Shown here: positions 26,797 through 32,000 of the stretch, in pieces
How positions within the stretch are numbered: position 1 is the stretch's first letter
Layout of the letters: each line of letters begins with the position of its first letter
Source: Nostoc punctiforme PCC 73102
GTDB taxonomy: Bacteria; Cyanobacteriota; Cyanobacteriia; Cyanobacteriales; Nostocaceae
Assembly: GCF_000020025.1 (NCBI RefSeq)
Contig: NC_010628.1
Location: forward strand, 2,370,001-2,402,000
Reading direction: 5' to 3'
Length of the DNA: 32,000 bases
Position numbers and translations under genes: made by a program
The notes under the pieces: generated by a model
Databases searched by the model: none
What the model saw: only the letters and a program-made list of their open reading frames with translations
Told to the model about the DNA's origin: nothing

Positions 26797-27216
26797 TTAT
26801 CTTCTTCTGCGTCTGTTATCTAATAAATTAACAGCAGCACCAGCAGCAGCACCATTGACACCATTTTTCCAGGTAGTTCTACAACCACCAGAAATTGCAC
26901 CTGCCAATACACCAGCACCAGCACCTACACCGATATCTTGAACAGGTAAACGTCCGTTTCTTCTTCTGGCTCTGGTGCTTCTTGCACCATTGGCAGCATT
27001 AACAGCAGCACCAGCAGCAGCACCTTTAAAAGCATTGTCTAATAGGGAACCACAATTTGTTAAAACCCCACTTAATACACCTGCCCCGGCTCCAATGGCT
27101 GCATTATTAACAACTCGGTCATCAGCAGAAGCAGGTTGAACCGGGATTAAGCTAGTACCAGCTAAAGTAGCAGCCATCAAACCAGGTAAGAATGCGCGTT
27201 TTAGTATGTTTTGCAT
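26797..27216 (-). CDS. Secreted glycine-zipper protein with an internal duplication and Arg-rich tails
   Basis: 139 aa from the ATG at 27216; the ORF track start is at 27273. The signal peptide is MQNILKRAFLPGLMAATLAGTSLIPVQPASA. Two units of IG(V)GAGAGVL.G....C....GAAAGAAVN follow, each ending in an RRR(R) tract. Confidence 0.65.
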   Translation of the reverse strand: MQNILKRAFLPGLMAATLAGTSLIPVQPASADDRVVNNAAIGAGAGVLSGVLTNCGSLLDNAFKGAAAGAAVNAANGARSTRARRRNGRLPVQDIGVGAGAGVLAGAISGGCRTTWKNGVNGAAAGAAVNLLDNRRRRR

Positions 27217-28038
27217 GGTAGTACCCTCTGAAAATCTTACGATTGGTGAACAACCAAATTTCAGTGCGCTCACTAATCCTCGTATTTCTAATTTTAGACA
27301 ATAGCAATATTATCTAGAATAAGGATATTTGGATAATTACACGCACTAAAACGTAATTTTAGCCCAAAGCTTGTTGTATTTACTGAGTGGACAATAATTA
27401 AACTGACACATTAACTAAAAAACAGTAAACCAAAAAGTTTTTCCTCAAAGAGCGATCGCTTCGCTAGATGGAGGCTAGTCCATCTTCTCCCCAATCTATT
27501 CTCTCTCTTATTGCCGAAAGCCTTTCTGATGTGGGCTATTGGGGTAGCTAGCTATTTCCAATCGCAGGCGTGCCAGGACAATATTTCATACTAAGTCGCC
27601 CCTTGGGTTTAAGAAAGAAAGGGCTTTTTCGTTATATTTATCAAGTTAAGCAACAAATAAAACCTAACAGTTTGAAATTTTCACTAATACCTTCAAAGTT
27701 ACCTTAAATCAATTAGCTGTGGCAGTGCAACAAAGGCGTTTCAGGCGCTTCGAAGGAGGCTTACGTACAGTTCAAGGAATTTACTAAACAATAATAGACG
27801 GCGTTGCAGCACTTCTAGAACTTACTCTTGGTACGTACTCAAGGTTTTTTTTCAAAAAAATACTAGTATTATTTTTACTAGCGTCCTGCGGTTATTACTG
27901 CCTTGTTTCAGTGTTGATGAGCGATTAAAAAAATTAAATTATACAATTAACGTCCGGAAAACAAAGGTGAAGTTAGGAAAAATAGTGAACATATGATTGT
28001 AACTTTCTTTGATTGAGTTCATATAAAAGGCTTTCACA

Positions 28039-29028
28039 ATGGTTACTACTCCTGTATATTATTTGCAAATTCTGGACAATCCGAATATTGAAATTTCTCA
28101 AGATGAGTTGCGATCGCTTTTAGGAGAAATAGAAGTACAACTGCATCGTAGCCGAGTTTATCGACGGGTTTTAGGGATTGTGCAGAAGTTAATAGGTGAA
28201 CAAACAGATCAGGCTCAAGATTTATTAAAAGCCGTAGGTAGAGAAGCGATCGGGTTAGCATTTCAACAATTTGCCCAACAATCTCAAAAAGTTGAAACAG
28301 TTACAGATACCAAGCAAGCCACAGAAATAGTCAATTCTTCACCAGAGATACAGCAGGAGCATTGCGCTCTCCAGGAGGAACCCTCTAAAAATACAGCAGA
28401 AAATTCGCTGTGGAAAAAACCACTACAATTGCTAAATCATCAGAGAATTTCTCAAACTGAACTTGTAGAACAAGCTGAACTTGCAGCCCAACAACGCATG
28501 GTGTGCCTACGTCAAATCGGGCAACAACTCCAAAAAACCCGTCAGTCCAAAGGGCTTTCTTTGGATCACATCCAGCTTTCTACTCATATCCGAACGGAGC
28601 TGATAGAGGCATTAGAAAACGGCAACTGGAAAGAATTATCAGATGACATTTTTGTACGTGGATTTATACGACGTTATGGAGATGCTTTAGGACTTAATGG
28701 TGTTGCTTTAGCTGCCTCTTTGCCATTCCTAGCAGCTATACCAGCAACTCAGCCCTTTTCGGATCAATCTAAAAAAGGAATGGGATTGGAAATTCGTCCG
28801 ACGCATTTATATGTAGGTTATACAGCTCTTCTTGCTGGTGCAATGGGAGGATTAGCTCTGATGTCCCAGCAACAAGCAAATACCAATATATCAATTGAGC
28901 AAGATAACTCTTCTTCTGTTTTACAATCGTTAAAACAACAATCCCCTACTGTTAAACCAGGGATTAAATCTACTAACACTGGTGTAGCTGTCGGATCTGA
29001 TATTTCCCCACCAGAAGGATTATATTAA
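28039..29028 (+). CDS. RodZ-like helix-turn-helix (HTH_25) membrane protein with a long N-terminal extension
   Basis: 329-aa ORF. The central segment LRQIGQQLQKTRQSKGLSLDHIQLSTHIRTELIEALENGNW...FVRGFIRRYGDALGL is the RodZ-type HTH. It is followed by a single TM helix (LYVGYTALLAGAMGGLALM). Confidence 0.7.
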   Translation: MVTTPVYYLQILDNPNIEISQDELRSLLGEIEVQLHRSRVYRRVLGIVQKLIGEQTDQAQDLLKAVGREAIGLAFQQFAQQSQKVETVTDTKQATEIVNSSPEIQQEHCALQEEPSKNTAENSLWKKPLQLLNHQRISQTELVEQAELAAQQRMVCLRQIGQQLQKTRQSKGLSLDHIQLSTHIRTELIEALENGNWKELSDDIFVRGFIRRYGDALGLNGVALAASLPFLAAIPATQPFSDQSKKGMGLEIRPTHLYVGYTALLAGAMGGLALMSQQQANTNISIEQDNSSSVLQSLKQQSPTVKPGIKSTNTGVAVGSDISPPEGLY

Positions 29029-29606
29029 CGAACTGCACCTGCCTGATAACGGCTCTTCTGTGGGCTACACCGCCAATTTTAACCACATAGGACAGGTGCT
29101 GGATTTGACGTTATTTTCAGCTTACTACCTGTCCCTTTCCTTATCCCGAATTCAGGTTATTTTTAGAAATTAATATTCCAGACAATTTTAATGCTCGATC
29201 GCTCCCAAAGTTTTCAAGATTGCTTTTTGCGCTTGTGTGACTCCTGTAATTCCAGTGATATTCATGCCTTCGTAAGAGCGATCGTGAAAACTGAAAACTG
29301 AATTACCTTCATTATCCTCTTAGAATCTATTCAACATCACCCCAAAGATAGATAGTTAGTTTACTAGTATCTAACTTTAGGGGAATTAAATCTTTAAAAA
29401 AAATATTTATAAGTGAAGTATAAATGGTGTTACATGTCTGTGTCTTTCGTCCATACGTGAATAACATTTATGTATTAATACAGTTCAAAAGGCTTGCTTC
29501 CTCTAACCCCTTTTCTCACAAGTAAGTACTGCAAGGATTTCCTAGCAACGAAAATTACTAACTGAACTGTATCAACTTATGTAGGAAAAAGGTGAGGTAA
29601 ATAATT

Positions 29607-29807
29607 ATGTTAGATCAAGCCATCAAGTCTGATTTGCTTGTGGAATTATCTCCTGAAGAACAGGAGCTTCTAGCAGCTGGTGGAGGAGATTATGGAGGTT
29701 ACGGTGGCTATAAGCACCATTACGGTGGCTATAAGCGCCATTACGGCTATGGTCACTACCATCGTCCTTGGGGTCACTACAAGCATCATGGGTACCATCA
29801 CTGGTAG
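29607..29807 (+). CDS. Small precursor-like peptide: double-glycine-type leader plus a 40-aa Gly/Tyr/His-rich core
   Basis: 66-aa ORF with the SD GGTGAGG 9 nt upstream of the ATG and tandem stops TAG TAA. The leader is MLDQAIKSDLLVELSPEEQELLAAGG. The core is GDYGGYGGYKHHYGGYKRHYGYGHYHRPWGHYKHHGYHHW. Confidence 0.6.
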   Translation: MLDQAIKSDLLVELSPEEQELLAAGGGDYGGYGGYKHHYGGYKRHYGYGHYHRPWGHYKHHGYHHW

Positions 29808-29885
29808 TAAGATAGCGAAGCGCAGAGATTGAATAGTCTCATAGTTGAATGTGACTAAGGAGTTATGTAAAAATAAATTGAACAA

Positions 29886-31117
29886 TTAACTGACTACTTT
29901 GGGTTTGATAATATAGTTCCACTCACCATGAAAAGAATTTCGTTCGATTGCGATAGTATCAAGCTCTTGGTCTGTAACCTTGATTCCCGTTTTGTAGAGA
30001 TTTGGATCTAATCTAGCTTCAACTTCTAATCCTTGTGTGGTGGTAGTATTGCGAATTAGATTAATCACAACTTGCAAGCTAGTTAATGGTCTGCCTCGCC
30101 AGTTTTGGGTAATGTGACAAAACAAGCGATGCTCAATCTTATTCCATTTACTTGTGCCTGGAGGAAAATGACACACATGAATAGTTTTACCAGTATCAGT
30201 TGCTAATTCTTGTAACTTCAATTTCCACAATCGTGAGCGATAACTATTGCTACCACCGCAATCAGCCGTAATCATTATATGCTCACTGCTGGGATAAACT
30301 TGTTTACCCATTGAGTACCACCAATGACGAATAGACTCGACTGCAAACTCTGCGGTATCGTGGTCAATGCCAACATTTACCCATCCTTGATTTGAGGTTA
30401 AGTCATAAATTCCGTAGGGAATTGCCTTGCCCAACTTGGGGTCAACAAAATCATGCATTTTCACCTCAATTGGCTGTTCCTTTTCACACCACTCGGTTCC
30501 AGAATTTTTAAAATCTCCAATTAATTCTTTTTTTTTGTATCAACTGAAATTACGGGTTCGTTCTGGGATTGAAAGTGCAAGACTTGGTTGGAAATATGTA
30601 AAAACTGATCATCTCTATCTGGATGAGATGAGCCATCACGGGTTTTACGATTTGATTGTAAGCTGTAGCCAAGCGATTCAAGTAAGTTATAAACACTTTT
30701 AGGACTAGTCCTATGTCCCCCAATGTTTAATGCCGCAGCCAGTTTCACAACACTTTTAGAAGTCCATTTTAGAGGAGATTCTGGGTCTCCCAGTGTCACT
30801 GGTTCAATCAGCGATTCTAAATCTGATAGCAGCATTGCGTCTTTTTCTTCAAGTAGTTTACGTCCAGCACCTGACGAACGAATTCGATTACTATCATCAT
30901 TCGAGGTTTTTTCCCCCGAAGCGTCTAACAATAACCGTATCCCAGCATGGATTGTAGTCCGGGATAGTCCAGTTGCGAGCGCAACCTGACTCACGCCTCC
31001 CCAGCCCAGGCTTCGGGCTTCAATTGCTGCCCAAATACGCCGTGTTTTCTCATTCAAATAAGGCGATAACGAATCGTACTTGTCTTGAATGCTTTCTACT
31101 ACCTGCTTATCAGACAT
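29886..31117 (-). pseudogene. ISAzo13-family DDE transposase split into two frames at an A9G run (frameshift mutation or programmed -1 slippage)
   Basis: ORF 30521..31117 ends ...ISVDTKKKN*. The -1 frame continues ELIGDFKNSGTEW...KMHDFVDP into ORF 29886..30464, with no stop between. The DDE contexts are SVDTKKK, ITADCGGSN and KWNKIEHRLF. Confidence 0.75.
30527..30536 (-). other. A AAA AAG-type slippery run (A9G) at the junction of the two transposase frames
   Basis: The plus strand reads c-ttttttttt at 30527-30536. In the zero frame the codons are aca aaa aaa aag aat taa. Confidence 0.7.
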
Positions 31118-31564
31118 ATAAGCCTTTAATTCGGTTACATTCTGATCATCTTACCATTCAGCAAATTGTTCAAGTTATTTTTACATGATGCCTAAGAAAA
31201 GGCAGCTATGCTGGAGGGAACGATAGTTGCATAGCTTGAGAAGCTTATATAATAAGGGTTCCAAAGTACAGCATAGCTGCCCTCTGCCTCCTGCCTCATC
31301 ATCCCAACAAACACCATTTTTTAGTGCCATTCGCTACTTGCCCGTCGTGCGGTAGCCGCCCTCTTTCTGCATTCGTTCGACTGCAAGAGCATCAGCAAGC
31401 GGAGTGATGAACGCATCAAATTATTTGATTTTAACTGGAAAGCTTGTTCCGCCTTCGTTAAAAAACAGCGATACGTTTTTATTCTGATTCACAAAATTTT
31501 TAGCGATCGCCATGCTTATTTGCCGACAATCAAGTATATCAGGAAGAAAACATACTAATCGTCT

Positions 31565-31660
31565 TGATAACCTCGATCGGCTAACAGTAAAATCTGCGCT
31601 TTTTTTAAAACACGAGCAGAATTTTTACCTGGAGAATTTCTAAATATCCATTCGTATACC
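31565..31660 (-). pseudogene. Short fragment of an IS630-type transposase N-terminal HTH region
   Basis: The minus-strand translation is VYEWIFRNSPGKNSARVLKKAQILLLADRGYQDD*. It resembles the (G)K(H/N)SARV..RA.ILLLADEG segment of IS630-family transposases. No continuation is present. Confidence 0.4.
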
Positions 31661-31756
31661 TCAATACCTTAGCCAAAATAAGAGGATGAGGAGAGAGGGC
31701 CGATGTAGTAGAGTTATTGTCTCTCACAACGACAACTCAAAAACCACAATCAGCCC

Positions 31757-31817
31757 ATGTCAGATATCTTATCACTGCTACAATGCTTGCTACCGCAGAT
31801 AAACGCTACGACCAGGG
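31757..31817 (+). pseudogene. N-terminal stub of another transposase (MSDILSLLQCLLPQINATT...), apparently cut by the next IS
   Basis: The ATG is at 31757. The sequence resembles the starts of cyanobacterial IS4/IS701-like transposases as I remember them. The reading frame collapses where the ISAs1-type sequence begins. Confidence 0.3.
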
Positions 31818-32000
31818 CTATTTCATTCTAAAAAGCTGCTTGAGTGTGTCTAGTCCAAAAGAACATAAACGTTGAGCTTGTGCCATATTTTCAAACATAT
31901 TACTGCGATATAAATTAAGTGAAAAATTGCGAGCAAGCACAAAAATTTGAGGAAGAGGAGTAGTGCGAATTCTAGATTTATCTTCGCCTTGAGTAACGTC
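31818..32000 (-). CDS. ISAs1-family transposase, C-terminal part (gene continues beyond the window)
   Basis: The minus frame is open from the window edge: DVTQGEDKSRIRTTPLPQIFVLARNFSLNLYRSNMFENMAQAQRLCSFGLDTLKQLFRMK*. This matches the ISAs1 C-terminal pattern DV.F.ED.SR.R...N...LRN.ALNL. Confidence 0.6.
   Translation of the reverse strand, partial: DVTQGEDKSRIRTTPLPQIFVLARNFSLNLYRSNMFENMAQAQRLCSFGLDTLKQLFRMK

Larger units (their letters stand above)
29865..31186 (-). mobile_element. ISAzo13-family insertion sequence (1322 bp)
   Basis: 23-bp terminal inverted repeats: atgtaaaaataaattgaacaatt (29865-29887) pairs with aattgttcaagttatttttacat (31164-31186) at 22/23 positions. They enclose the two transposase ORF halves. 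Confidence 0.8.

Noticed and set aside
29180-29290. 25-aa minus-strand ORF (MNITGITGVTQAQKAILKTLGAIEH*)
   Set aside because: It is possibly the C-terminal remnant of an oxidoreductase, but it is too short and has no upstream continuation.
31330-31520. Short minus-strand reading frames (MAIAKNFVNQNKNVSLFFNEGGTSFPVKIK* and ...FDAFITPLADALAVERMQKEGGYRTTGK*)
   Set aside because: They look like two frames of a decayed gene, but I cannot assign a family from about 30 aa each. They are too short to call.

Overview
The window looks like a chromosomal segment from a filamentous, Nostocales-type cyanobacterium. The HIP1 octamer GCGATCGC is scattered throughout, and heptameric STRR tandem repeats fill several short intergenic spacers. 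I support about 26 protein genes. Housekeeping and metabolic genes: two ABC-2 permeases, a J-domain protein, a DUF938 methyltransferase, a CBS-CP12 fusion, a class-III aminotransferase followed by a DUF1338/HglS-like dioxygenase, class-III alcohol dehydrogenase (frmA), an AvtA-like aminotransferase, rimM, phosphoketolase, uppS preceded by a di-iron ferritin-like protein, a 2OG-Fe(II) oxygenase and a RodZ-like HTH protein. Accessory content: a secreted TPR-CHAT protease built from ten near-identical 120-bp units, a MazF toxin-antitoxin pair, an intact IS5/Harbinger-like IS, an ISAzo13-family IS whose transposase is split at an A9G slippery run, an IS debris field at the right end, several MITE-like or palindromic small repeats, and three tandem-repeat arrays with 21/63-bp, 42-bp and 120-bp periods. 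The most unusual item is a small stand-alone gene at 29607..29807. It encodes a double-glycine-type leader followed by a 40-aa core made almost entirely of Gly, Tyr and His, and an IS insertion separates it from whatever lay downstream. No rRNA, tRNA or CRISPR array was seen. All family assignments come from motif recognition by eye, not database searches.
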